Shown: positions 7,524 to 16,342 of the stretch, piece by piece
Numbering within the stretch: the stretch's first letter is position 1
How the letters are laid out: every line of letters begins with the position of its first letter
Source of the DNA: Acidimicrobiales bacterium
GTDB taxonomy: Bacteria; Actinomycetota; Acidimicrobiia; Acidimicrobiales; CATQHL01
Reading direction: 5' to 3'
DNA length: 64,000 nt
NCBI GenBank assembly: GCA_965220035.1
Contig: CBDCPC010000001.1
Location: forward strand, 1,539,719 to 1,603,718
Translations under genes and position numbers: made by a program
The notes under the pieces: generated by a model
Seen by the model: only the letters and a program-made list of their open reading frames with translations
What the model was told of the DNA's origin: nothing
Databases searched by the model: none

Positions 7524-8617
7524 GAAGCCTGCTCCGCCCGGCGGCGCGTGCTGAACAACCCCTCAGGGCGCACGAGCAGCACAAGTATCAGCGCTCCGAA
7601 CGCCACCACCAGGCGGTAGGCGCTGGGGATCCACAGAGCGCTCACGTCCATGGCCAGGCCCAGGAGTACGGCCGCCGCCATTACCCCCATGATGCTGCCG
7701 GTGCCGCCCAGTACGGCCGCGGACAGGATCACCAGGATGTTCTCCCATCCCAGCGGGGTGGTGACGCCGCCGCGGCGCACCGCAATCATCACGCCGGCCA
7801 TGGCCGCCAGCGCCGAGCCGATGAACCACACGACACCCGAGACGACCCGCACCGGTATGCCGCGTACCGCGGCCAGGGCGGGGTTCGAGGCCGCGGCGCG
7901 TAGCCAGCGGCCCATGCGCGTCAACGACAGGAAGAACTGCAGGCTCAGCACCGCCCCGAGGGACAGCAGGATCATCAACAACTCGCCGGTGGCGATGTCG
8001 ACGGCGTCGTGTGCCCCCCCGAAACCGTCGCTCTGGGTCGCCAATACAAACACGCCGACGGCGGCGACGGTGGCCAGAGCCAGCGCCAGTCCGGTCCCGC
8101 GGGCGGCCCACAGTCCGGCCCAGGTGCCGGCCACCTCGCGGTGCTCGGCGCGCCGGGCGCGGTTGGCCAGCAGCCAGCCCACCAGCGCCGCCAGCGCGAC
8201 GGCCAACACGAGGACCAGCGCGAACTCTGTTACGGAGAATTCGATGCGGCTGCCGAAGCCCACCGGCACCTTGCGCAGGATGGTGCCGAAGATGGCGATG
8301 ATCGCCCCGTAGATCACGAAGGCGAGGCCGATGGACGTGAACAGCAGAACGTTGCCGCCCTGGTCTGCCACCGGCTTGAAGACCACTATCCCCAGAGCGA
8401 CGCCCAGGACGCCCATGAGCACCATGGCCACGAGGCCTGCCACGAACACGTTGAGCCCGGCGTTGGTGATGAGGACGACGGACAGGAAGGCGCCGAGAGC
8501 CAGCACCTGCCCGTGGGCGATGTGCAGGATGTTCTCGGTCTGGCGGATGAGGGCGAACCCGACCGTGGCGGCGGCCAGAACCCCCCCGGTGGTCAGCCCG
8601 AAGATGACGTGTTGCAC
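7520..8617 (-). CDS. livH: Branched-chain-amino-acid-type ABC transporter permease (LivH family) with an internal insertion of about 70 aa
   Basis: A 365-aa membrane ORF beginning MQHVIFGLTTGGVLAAATVGFALI.., with the conserved ..LTRMGRWLRAAASNP..A...GI.. segment. Two extra hydrophobic helices (FALVLVLAVALAALVGWLLA and LALALATVAAVGVFVLA) precede that segment. Confidence 0.85.
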   Translation of the reverse strand: MQHVIFGLTTGGVLAAATVGFALIRQTENILHIAHGQVLALGAFLSVVLITNAGLNVFVAGLVAMVLMGVLGVALGIVVFKPVADQGGNVLLFTSIGLAFVIYGAIIAIFGTILRKVPVGFGSRIEFSVTEFALVLVLAVALAALVGWLLANRARRAEHREVAGTWAGLWAARGTGLALALATVAAVGVFVLATQSDGFGGAHDAVDIATGELLMILLSLGAVLSLQFFLSLTRMGRWLRAAASNPALAAVRGIPVRVVSGVVWFIGSALAAMAGVMIAVRRGGVTTPLGWENILVILSAAVLGGTGSIMGVMAAAVLLGLAMDVSALWIPSAYRLVVAFGALILVLLVRPEGLFSTRRRAEQAS

Positions 8618-8693
8618 GCGTACAGAACCGAACCCCGGGGCGGCCCCGCCGTCGGGCGGGGCCGCCCCGGGATGATCATTGGTCTACTTGGGC

Positions 8694-9917
8694 TTACCGG
8701 CCCAGGCTTGCGTCCAGTTCGATGACTTCGCGCTCGGTGTACGAGCCGTTGACGATGTGGTTCACCGCCACCTTCGGGGAGACCAGGTTGCCGGTCCCGG
8801 TGTGCAACTCGATCGAGCCCGAGGGGCCGTCGTAGTTGATCTCCTCGCCGCGCTCGAGCGCCGCGACGCCGTCGGCGTACGTGTACACCTTGGTGCCCGG
8901 CGCGTTCACGATGTTGTAAATCTGAGCCGCGACGTCGGGGCCGTCAGTGGATTCGGCGGCAGTCATGGCCAACGCCAGAACGATGTACTGGTCGAACTGG
9001 TTGGTCTCGTAGAAGCCGGTAGGTGGCGGCTTGTTCGCGAACTTCTGGTGCGCGGCGGCGAAGGCATCGTACGCGGGGGAGTCGAAGTCGTCGGTGACCT
9101 GGGCGGCCAGAATCCGGCCGGTGGGCAGGTCGGCCACGAGCTCGGCGATGTCGGGCACCTGCAGGTCGGGTGAGACCAGGATCGGGGTCTCGTAGCCCCT
9201 GGACATGTACTCCCTGAGGATGGGGATCCCGGCCGGGGGGCCGGCGCCGATGTAGACGGCATCGGGGTTGCCCGCGAAGGCCTGCTCGACTTGGGCCTGG
9301 TAGCTGTCGAGGCCGGGATTGAAGCGCACGTCTTCGGTGATCTCACGGCCGATCTTGTTCTCCCACACGTCCTTGAAGACCTCGGCCGGGCTCTCGGTGC
9401 CCTCGGTCTGCTGCACCAGCATGGCCACCCGCATGTAGCCCGCGTCGCGGGCAAGCTGCGCGGAGATGATGCCGTACGTGGTGTCCGAAGCGGTGATGCG
9501 CCAGATGTAATTGCCGCCCTCGGTGTCCAGCACGGTCGTGCCGCAGGCCGGGCACATGGTCGGCATCTCGTCCTCGGCCACGGTGTTCAGCAGGGCCACG
9601 GCCCCGTCGGACTCCACGCCGCCGAGCGCATCGATCTCCTCGCGGATCCGGTTGTAGCCCGTGACGGCGCCCTCGGCCGTGGACAGGTTGTCCTGCACCA
9701 CGAGTTCGGCATCGCGGCCCAAAATGCCGCCGTTGTCGTTGATGACGCCGATGGCTGCCTCCGCGCCATCCTGGCTGGGTGGACCCCATTCGGAGTAGTC
9801 CCCGGACAGGCCGGCCAGGAAGCCGAGCTTGACCGGTCCCTCGTCGTCGTCACCGCAGCTGAGGACGACACCGCCCAGCACCACGAGCGCGATCAATGGC
9901 AGGAAAATGCGTCGCAC
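8694..9917 (-). CDS. Lipoprotein, type-1 periplasmic-binding-fold (LivJ-like) ABC substrate-binding protein
   Basis: The preferred start is GTG 9917..9915, with the SD GAGAGGGGA just upstream. This gives the signal peptide VRRIFLPLIALVVLGGVVLSC with an LSC lipobox. The track start at 9932 lacks an SD. The mature part begins ..VKLGFLAGLSGDYSEWG... Confidence 0.85.
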   Translation of the reverse strand: MRRIFLPLIALVVLGGVVLSCGDDDEGPVKLGFLAGLSGDYSEWGPPSQDGAEAAIGVINDNGGILGRDAELVVQDNLSTAEGAVTGYNRIREEIDALGGVESDGAVALLNTVAEDEMPTMCPACGTTVLDTEGGNYIWRITASDTTYGIISAQLARDAGYMRVAMLVQQTEGTESPAEVFKDVWENKIGREITEDVRFNPGLDSYQAQVEQAFAGNPDAVYIGAGPPAGIPILREYMSRGYETPILVSPDLQVPDIAELVADLPTGRILAAQVTDDFDSPAYDAFAAAHQKFANKPPPTGFYETNQFDQYIVLALAMTAAESTDGPDVAAQIYNIVNAPGTKVYTYADGVAALERGEEINYDGPSGSIELHTGTGNLVSPKVAVNHIVNGSYTEREVIELDASLGR

Positions 9918-9941
9918 TGTTTCCCCTCTCACTCTCTATCC

Positions 9942-9959
9942 AGCTCTGAGATCAGAGCT
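9942..9959. promoter_or_regulatory. Near-perfect 18-bp palindrome AGCTCTGA-GA-TCAGAGCT upstream of the substrate-binding-protein gene
   Basis: The 8-bp arms are perfectly complementary. The 2-nt centre is too small for an RNA loop, so a protein-binding site is more likely. It lies 25-42 bp upstream of the 9917 start. Confidence 0.3.
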
Positions 9960-10042
9960 TCAATCCCGTTGAAAACACAGTATCAGGACCGTCGCCCCGG
10001 TGTGCAATTGCATGCCCACCATGCCGACGGCCCGCCCGCGGT

Positions 10043-11584
10043 TCACCCCACCGCCGGCGCGCCGGCCGTCCGTCCGGCCATCGCGAGAGCCAGTTCGTCC
10101 ATGTCGAGGTCCCGTACGGAGCCTTCGAGCACGATGCGACCCCGGAACAGCACGATGAGGCGATCACTCAGCTTCAAGAGTTCCTCGAGATCCATCGAGA
10201 GCAGCAGGACGGCCGCTCCGCTGTGCTTGACGTCGAGCAGCCGGCGGTGCACGTACTCGATGGCGCCGACGTCGAGACCCCAGGTGGGGTTGTCGGCCAC
10301 GAGCACGCGTGGCTCCCGCGACAACTCCCGCGCCAGGACCACCTTCTGCTGATTGCCACCCGAGAGGCTTACGGCCAGCAGGTCCGGATCGGGCGGGCGC
10401 ACGTCGTACTCCTCGAGCAACTCACGGGCGCGGCGCCGGACGCTGCGCCAGTCCAGGAGGCCGGTGCGGTTGTAGGCCCCGGCGGGGATGTCCGACATCG
10501 CCAGGTTCTCCGCCAGGGTCATGTCGAGGATGAGGCCCCAGGTGTGGCGATCCTCGGGGATGACCGCCAGTCCGGCGCTTCGGAGAGCGCTCGTCCCGGT
10601 CCCGGTGACGTCCTGACCGCCGATGTGGACCGAGCCGGACTCCGCGTCGTCGAGCCCGCAGACGCAGTTGACGAGGGTGCGCTGGCCGTTGCCCTCCACG
10701 CCGGCCACGCCGAGTATCTCGCCGGGGCGCACCATGAAGGACATGTTGTCGAGGTGGTCAGAACCCTCGCCGAGGGCATTCAACTCCCGGACCTCCAGTA
10801 GCGGGACATCGTCGGTCCGGGGGGCATGGTCGCTCTCGACGGCGACGATCTCCTGGCCCGTCATCGCCCGGGTGAGGCTTCGCTCGTCGAAGTCGCCCCG
10901 CTCGGTGGTCGTGACCTTCTCACCTCCGCGAAGCACGGTGACCCGGTCGGCCACCTCCATCACCTCGCCCAGCTTGTGGGTGACCAGCACGATGGAGCAG
11001 CCCCCCTCGCGCAGGTCGCGCAGGATCTCCAGCAGGTTCTCGATCTGCCGCGGGCCCAGCAGGGAGGTGGGTTCGTCGAGGATCAGGATGGTGACGCCCC
11101 GGTAGAGCACCTTCAGGATCTCCACCCGCTGCTGCAGGTCGACCGGGAGGTCCTGCACCGCGACGTGGGGATCGAGCGGCATGCCGAACCGGTCGGCCAA
11201 CTCCGTCGTCTCGGCCCCGATGGCGCCGCGCCTGAAGCGGAGGTCGGTTGCCGGGCGCGACCCCAGCACGATGTTCTCGGCGACGCTGAACGTGGGAACC
11301 AGGGAGAAGTGCTGGTGGACCATGCCGATTCCCAGTTCGATGGCGTCGTACGGCGAGTGGATGTCGGCCTGCTCGCCGCGCACGGAGATCGTCCCGGAGT
11401 CCGGCAGAACGTGACCGAACATGACGTTCATCAGTGTCGTCTTGCCGGCGCCGTTCTCCCCTAGCAGCACGTGGATCTCGCCGGCGCGCAGATCGAAGTC
11501 GATGTCGCGGTTCGCCTGCGTCTCGCCGTAGCTCTTGGAGATGCCGTGGAGTTCGACGACGCTGCCGTTTGTTGATGCGGTCAC
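10043..11584 (-). CDS. Double-NBD ABC transporter ATP-binding protein, of the type paired with BMP-family/nucleoside-sugar systems
   Basis: Two ATPase domains are present. The first has GENGAGKTT and ILILDEPTS. The second has GVEGNGQRT, LSGGNQQK and VLVADNPTWGLD. The preferred start is GTG 11584 (SD AGGAG 9 nt upstream). The track start at 11650 would overlap the upstream gene by 32 nt. Confidence 0.88.
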   Translation of the reverse strand: MTASTNGSVVELHGISKSYGETQANRDIDFDLRAGEIHVLLGENGAGKTTLMNVMFGHVLPDSGTISVRGEQADIHSPYDAIELGIGMVHQHFSLVPTFSVAENIVLGSRPATDLRFRRGAIGAETTELADRFGMPLDPHVAVQDLPVDLQQRVEILKVLYRGVTILILDEPTSLLGPRQIENLLEILRDLREGGCSIVLVTHKLGEVMEVADRVTVLRGGEKVTTTERGDFDERSLTRAMTGQEIVAVESDHAPRTDDVPLLEVRELNALGEGSDHLDNMSFMVRPGEILGVAGVEGNGQRTLVNCVCGLDDAESGSVHIGGQDVTGTGTSALRSAGLAVIPEDRHTWGLILDMTLAENLAMSDIPAGAYNRTGLLDWRSVRRRARELLEEYDVRPPDPDLLAVSLSGGNQQKVVLARELSREPRVLVADNPTWGLDVGAIEYVHRRLLDVKHSGAAVLLLSMDLEELLKLSDRLIVLFRGRIVLEGSVRDLDMDELALAMAGRTAGAPAVG

Positions 11585-11618
11585 GGCGGGCTGCTCCTCT
11601 GTCGGGTCCGCAGGGTGG

Positions 11619-13838
11619 TCAGCGGCCGTTGCCGCCGGTGGACATGGCACGCCAGACCTTCTCCGGCGTCAGCGGCATGTCCAGGTGGCGCACCCCGAAG
11701 GGTGCCAGGGCGTCGATGACCGCACTCTGCACGGCGGGTGTGGCCCCGACGGTGCCTGCCTCGCCGATGCCCTTGGCGCCGAGCGGGTTGAGCGGCGTGG
11801 GTGTCGTGTTGCGGTGGGTTTCGAAGTCACAGAATTCCGCGGCCGAGGGGATGAGATAGTCCCCGAAGTTGGTGGTTCGCGGGCCTGCGCCGGCGTCGTA
11901 GACCATCTCCTCCCACAACGCCTGGGCCACACCCTGCGCGATGCCGCCGTGTTGCTGGCCCTCGGCCAGCAACGGATTGATGACGTTGCCGCAGTCGTCC
12001 ACGCAGAGGTGGCGCAGCATGCGCACACCTCCGGTCTCGCTGTCCACCTCGACGACGGCCACGTGGGTGCCGAACGGGAACGTGCGTGCGCCCTGGTCGA
12101 AGTCGCTTTCCGCGGCGAGTGGCTCGGGGGCCAGTTCGGCCAGCCGGGACCACGAGAGCACGGTGTCGGGCGAGCCCGCGACGCCCAGCCCCTCACCGCG
12201 GTAGGTGGCGATGTCGTCGGCGTTGGCCTCGAGGTGCTCGGCGGCGATCCGACGGGCCTGCTCCACGACGGCGGCCGCGGCCCGGTCGATGGCGGAGCCG
12301 CCCAACTGCAGCGAGCGCGAGCCGTACGTGCCGTTGCCACGGGGCACCAGATCGGTGTCGGACTGGATGACGGTGATGTCGGCCATCGGAATGCCGAGCT
12401 GTTCGGAGGCGATCTGGGCGTAGGTCGTCTGGTGGCCCTGACCGTGGGACGAGACACCCGACAGCACGGTGACCGTACCGTTGTCGTGGATCCGGATCGA
12501 GCCGTAGTCGGTGCTGGGTCCGTTGCCGGTCACCTCGATGTAGTTGGCGACGCCGATGCCGATCTGGTGGCGGTCTCCCCGCCGGCGCCGCTCGGACTGG
12601 TCGTGCCGGAGGCCGTCGTAGTCGACCAGTTCGACCGCCCGCTCCATCGCCCCCAGGTAATCGCCGGCGTCGTAGACGGCTCCTGTCGGGGTAGTCACGG
12701 GCTCGCTGTGGGTCTCGAGCAGGTTCCGGCGGCGGACCTCGACCGCATCGAGTCCGACCTCGGCCGCCAGGAGGTCCATGGCCCGCTCGACGAGCGCTGC
12801 CGCCTCGGGCCGGCCTGCGCCGCGCAACGCCCCGGTCGGAGCCGTGTTGGTGACCACGCTGCGTGCCCGGAAGTCGATACGGGGGATCCGGTAGGTGCCA
12901 GAAGCCATCATCTTCGTATAGAAGGTGAGCCAGGCGCCGATGTCGGGGTAGGCGCCGGCGTCGGCGGTGACGCGCACCTTCATCCCCACAACGGTGCCGT
13001 CGGCACGCGCCCCAATCTCGACGTCCTGGACCTGGCCGCGGGCGTGGCCCATGTGGAGCATGTTCTCGGTGCGCGACTCGATCCACCGCAGCGGGTAGCC
13101 GAGCCGCACAGCCAGAGCGGCGGTCACGACCTGCTCCACGTACGCATGACCCTTGGCTCCGAATCCTCCTCCGGTGGCGGGCACCACGACGTGGACCTGC
13201 TCGATGTCGAGTCCCAGGCAGGTGGCCATCGTCTGCCGGACCGAGAACGGGCACTGGGTGGGTACCCAGAGCCGCAGGCGCCCCTGGCCGTTCGCGGCGT
13301 CGACATTCGGGATGGCCAGGATTCCATTGGTCTCCATGGGCGCCGGCGCGATCTTCTGGTTGACGTACCTGAACGACACGACCACGTCGGCGCCGTCGAG
13401 CGCTCCCGGGTCGTCGATCGGATCGACTTCGAACACGACTTCGGTGGCTGCCATCGGATCCGAGACGGCCGGCAGCTCCTCGATCTCGACCACCACGTCC
13501 TCGGCCCGGTCGCGAGCCTCCGCGAAAGTGTCGGCCACGACTGCCGCCACCGGATCGCCTACGTAGCCCACCGTCCCGCGAGCCAGGGCAGGACGCCCGA
13601 AGTGAGCGGGCGCCGGCGGGCCGGCGAGCATGTCGGGGAGATCCAGCTCCTCCGCGGTGTAGACGCCCTCGCCGCCGGAGATGCCGATGATCCGGCCGTG
13701 CGGCACGTCGGAGCGCACGAACACCACGCTGCGGGCGTCGACGTCCAGGTCGTCCACGTAGGGCCGGCCACCGACCAGCAGCGCCGCATCCTCGCGGCGC
13801 AACACGCTGTGGCCCAGGATCGAGCCTGCCGTTGCCAC
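11619..13838 (-). CDS. Xanthine dehydrogenase/aldehyde oxidase family molybdopterin-binding large subunit (CoxL-like), with no adjacent small or medium subunit
   Basis: A 739-aa ORF with the N-terminus ..LRREDAALLVGGRPYVDD.. and ..GGGFGAKG.. typical of molybdenum hydroxylase large subunits. Confidence 0.9.
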   Translation of the reverse strand: MATAGSILGHSVLRREDAALLVGGRPYVDDLDVDARSVVFVRSDVPHGRIIGISGGEGVYTAEELDLPDMLAGPPAPAHFGRPALARGTVGYVGDPVAAVVADTFAEARDRAEDVVVEIEELPAVSDPMAATEVVFEVDPIDDPGALDGADVVVSFRYVNQKIAPAPMETNGILAIPNVDAANGQGRLRLWVPTQCPFSVRQTMATCLGLDIEQVHVVVPATGGGFGAKGHAYVEQVVTAALAVRLGYPLRWIESRTENMLHMGHARGQVQDVEIGARADGTVVGMKVRVTADAGAYPDIGAWLTFYTKMMASGTYRIPRIDFRARSVVTNTAPTGALRGAGRPEAAALVERAMDLLAAEVGLDAVEVRRRNLLETHSEPVTTPTGAVYDAGDYLGAMERAVELVDYDGLRHDQSERRRRGDRHQIGIGVANYIEVTGNGPSTDYGSIRIHDNGTVTVLSGVSSHGQGHQTTYAQIASEQLGIPMADITVIQSDTDLVPRGNGTYGSRSLQLGGSAIDRAAAAVVEQARRIAAEHLEANADDIATYRGEGLGVAGSPDTVLSWSRLAELAPEPLAAESDFDQGARTFPFGTHVAVVEVDSETGGVRMLRHLCVDDCGNVINPLLAEGQQHGGIAQGVAQALWEEMVYDAGAGPRTTNFGDYLIPSAAEFCDFETHRNTTPTPLNPLGAKGIGEAGTVGATPAVQSAVIDALAPFGVRHLDMPLTPEKVWRAMSTGGNGR

Positions 13839-13876
13839 GGGCTACGTCCTGTCCTTCCGTCGCAGTGTCGCCGCCG

Positions 13877-15241
13877 TCAGGCCGACGGCGCGTAGCCGAT
13901 GAGGTCGAGGATGACGTGGGCGCCGGGCACCTGCAGCGGACCGCCGATGCGCATCGTCGTGGAAGCCGGTTTCCCGCCGGGGAAGTGACGTGCCCACTCG
14001 TTGATGGAGATCTGGAAGTCGGCGAAGTCGGCGTGGTAGCACTGCCGCTTGCAGATGTTCTCCAGCGAGGTTCCGGCCGCCTCGCAGATGGCCGAGATGT
14101 TGCCGAGCAGGTATTCCATCTCCATCTGAGGAGGTAGGCCGTAGTGCGGGAAGCCGGGGGTGCGCTGCACGCCGGCGGGAAGGCTGCCTCGCTCGTCGGT
14201 GGGGATCATGGTGCTGAAGAACAGGTAGTCGCCTGCCTTCACGGCCTGTGGCTCGTGCCAGGGAGGCTGCACCGCGTCTGACGTCTCGATGGTCTCCTTG
14301 GAGATGGAGGCATCGTCGGCCAGGAGCTTCATGGCGATCTCGATGCGCGAGCCCATGCCGCCCAGGCCCATGTAGGGCACGACCACGCGCGCCGGCGGGT
14401 TCTCGGGGAACCACTGGCGCCACACCCTGTCCATGCCGGCGAAGTCGTTCGGGCTGGACAGGTAGACGGTGGCCTTCACGCAGTTGTCCTGCAGGGAGGA
14501 GGCACCGGCCGCAGCGGCGATCTTCTCGAGTTTCGCCAGCGTGTAGTCGGTCTGGCGCTCGATCGGCGAGTCGTACCAGAGGTACGGGTTCACGCGTGCC
14601 TCCGGCGCCAGACCGCTGAGTTCGCCCATGTGACGCTCGGACATCCAGTCGCCCATCCAGTCCACGGGGATCTCGCCGGCCAGGAAGATCCAGTCGCCGC
14701 GCCGGACGGCCGGGGAGTAACCGGCGAGCGGGGAGGGCACACCCTCGGGCGTTTCGTAGCCCACGCTCGGGCCGCCCGGGATGGCCAGGAGGTCGACCTC
14801 GATGAGTGAGTCGGTTACGAGCAGTTCCTTGATGCCCATGCCCGTGGAGGCGGGACGGGGAGGTTTGATGTAGCGGTCCCGTGTGCGCAGGTAAGGCGTG
14901 ATGGTGAGGCGCGGCCAGGTGTTGCCGGCGGCGAACTCCTCCATCGTGGGGTACTCCGAAGTGAACCACTGGTAGATGCGCACCACGTCGGTGGCGATGT
15001 CGCAGCCGGCCGCCGCCAGAGTTGTTGTGAGGTTGTCCAGGATCACCTTGGACTGCAACTCCAGGTGGTTGTCCAGGTAGGGGTTGCGCCCGTCGCCGCC
15101 GCCCTCGGCGGTGATGCCGGTCTCGAAGTCGGTGGCGAGCTGGCCCGAGAAGAACACCCAGTCTCCGGCCTTGACGCAAGGCGTGTAGGGCATGAGCGGC
15201 GCGGGCTCGCCGCCCCAGATGTGTTGGATGTCGCTGGACAT
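13877..15241 (-). CDS. Triple-domain RidA/YjgF/L-PSP family protein (three tandem RidA modules in one chain)
   Basis: A 454-aa ORF with three modules of about 150 aa each. The modules start at ..CVKAGDWVFFSGQLA.., ..AVRRGDWIFLAGEIP.. and ..AVKAGDYLFFSTMIP.., and each ends in a (I/L)E(V/I)-type beta strand. Confidence 0.8.
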   Translation of the reverse strand: MSSDIQHIWGGEPAPLMPYTPCVKAGDWVFFSGQLATDFETGITAEGGGDGRNPYLDNHLELQSKVILDNLTTTLAAAGCDIATDVVRIYQWFTSEYPTMEEFAAGNTWPRLTITPYLRTRDRYIKPPRPASTGMGIKELLVTDSLIEVDLLAIPGGPSVGYETPEGVPSPLAGYSPAVRRGDWIFLAGEIPVDWMGDWMSERHMGELSGLAPEARVNPYLWYDSPIERQTDYTLAKLEKIAAAAGASSLQDNCVKATVYLSSPNDFAGMDRVWRQWFPENPPARVVVPYMGLGGMGSRIEIAMKLLADDASISKETIETSDAVQPPWHEPQAVKAGDYLFFSTMIPTDERGSLPAGVQRTPGFPHYGLPPQMEMEYLLGNISAICEAAGTSLENICKRQCYHADFADFQISINEWARHFPGGKPASTTMRIGGPLQVPGAHVILDLIGYAPSA

Positions 15242-15356
15242 GGCTACCTCCGGTTGGGTGCGCGGCGAACAGGTTGTCTAGGGATGCATGGGTCGGTGTG
15301 GTGGCCGGGGTTTTCCAGCCATCAACACCGTTTCGTCTTTTGGCCGGACTGGACGG

Positions 15357-16178
15357 TCAGGCCGCCTCTTGGCTCTCGGCCTCCCGATCCATGAGCAGTC
15401 CGCAACTCTCGGTGATCTCGGTGATGCCCTCGAACTCGGCGGGCACCTCGACGCCCTTGCGGGCGTACCACTCGCGAACCAGCGCGGGCGCATCCACGAC
15501 GAGCCCCAGATGCAGCGAGATGATCGTCAGCGCCGCATCCTCCACCTCCTGGGTGTAGCCCGCCACGATGTCGCGGGGCACGATCACCCGGAAGTCACGG
15601 TTGGCGGCATCGAACGCCGAGGAAAGTACGCAGGCATCGGTGTAGGTACCCGTCAGGACCAGGTTCGGCACGTTGAGTTGGTGCAGCAGGAACTCCAGAT
15701 CGGTGGGGTAGAAGGCCGACAGGCGCTTCTTGGTGCGCACGTACATGTCACCCTCTTCCTCCTCGACCAGGAGGTCGAGCCACTCGGTTCCCTCCCAGGA
15801 GTGCTGGTCCATCAAGGGGTTGGGTGGCAGGTACAACTCGTACATCGCCCGCCAGTTGGCCATGCGGTTGTGATGCAGCGAGTTGAGGTCGTCGATCCCG
15901 CCGTAGCGCTGCCAGTGCTGCACATGGATGATCGGGATGCCGATGGCGCGGCAGGCGGCATGGAACATGTTGTGGGCCGGGATGCGCCAGCGGGCGCGCG
16001 GCGCCGGACAGGTCAACTCGTCCTCGGGTCCGACGTGGCCGCGGTGCATGTCGATGCAGGCCACTGCCGTCTGGGTGGGGTCCAGCCACTTGTCGAACAC
16101 GTCGGCGGAGTTGCTGGTGCCCGATGGGAGCACGCGGCGTTCCTTGTTCTCCAGGTAGCAATACATCTCGGTTTCCAT
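15357..16178 (-). CDS. Isochorismatase-family (cysteine) hydrolase/amidase
   Basis: ATG at 16178 follows the SD AAGGAGG. The motifs ..VACIDMH.. (Asp), ..RTKKRLSAF.. (Lys) and ..LVLTGTYTDACV.. (Cys) are present. The first 32 codons of the track ORF lack an SD and are Arg/Pro-rich. Confidence 0.85.
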   Translation of the reverse strand: METEMYCYLENKERRVLPSGTSNSADVFDKWLDPTQTAVACIDMHRGHVGPEDELTCPAPRARWRIPAHNMFHAACRAIGIPIIHVQHWQRYGGIDDLNSLHHNRMANWRAMYELYLPPNPLMDQHSWEGTEWLDLLVEEEEGDMYVRTKKRLSAFYPTDLEFLLHQLNVPNLVLTGTYTDACVLSSAFDAANRDFRVIVPRDIVAGYTQEVEDAALTIISLHLGLVVDAPALVREWYARKGVEVPAEFEGITEITESCGLLMDREAESQEAA

Positions 16179-16342
16179 GGTTGGCCTCCTTTGTGGTGGT
16201 CGGATCGTGCGTAGGTGATCGGTCGGTGGTGCCGGCCGGCGCGGGGCGTCCGGCCGGCCGGGGAGCGAAGACACTGCGTGTGCCCTCGCTCCCCGGCCGG
16301 GTTCTGATTCAGTTGTGCGGGCCGGTGCGGCGGACCGTGCCC

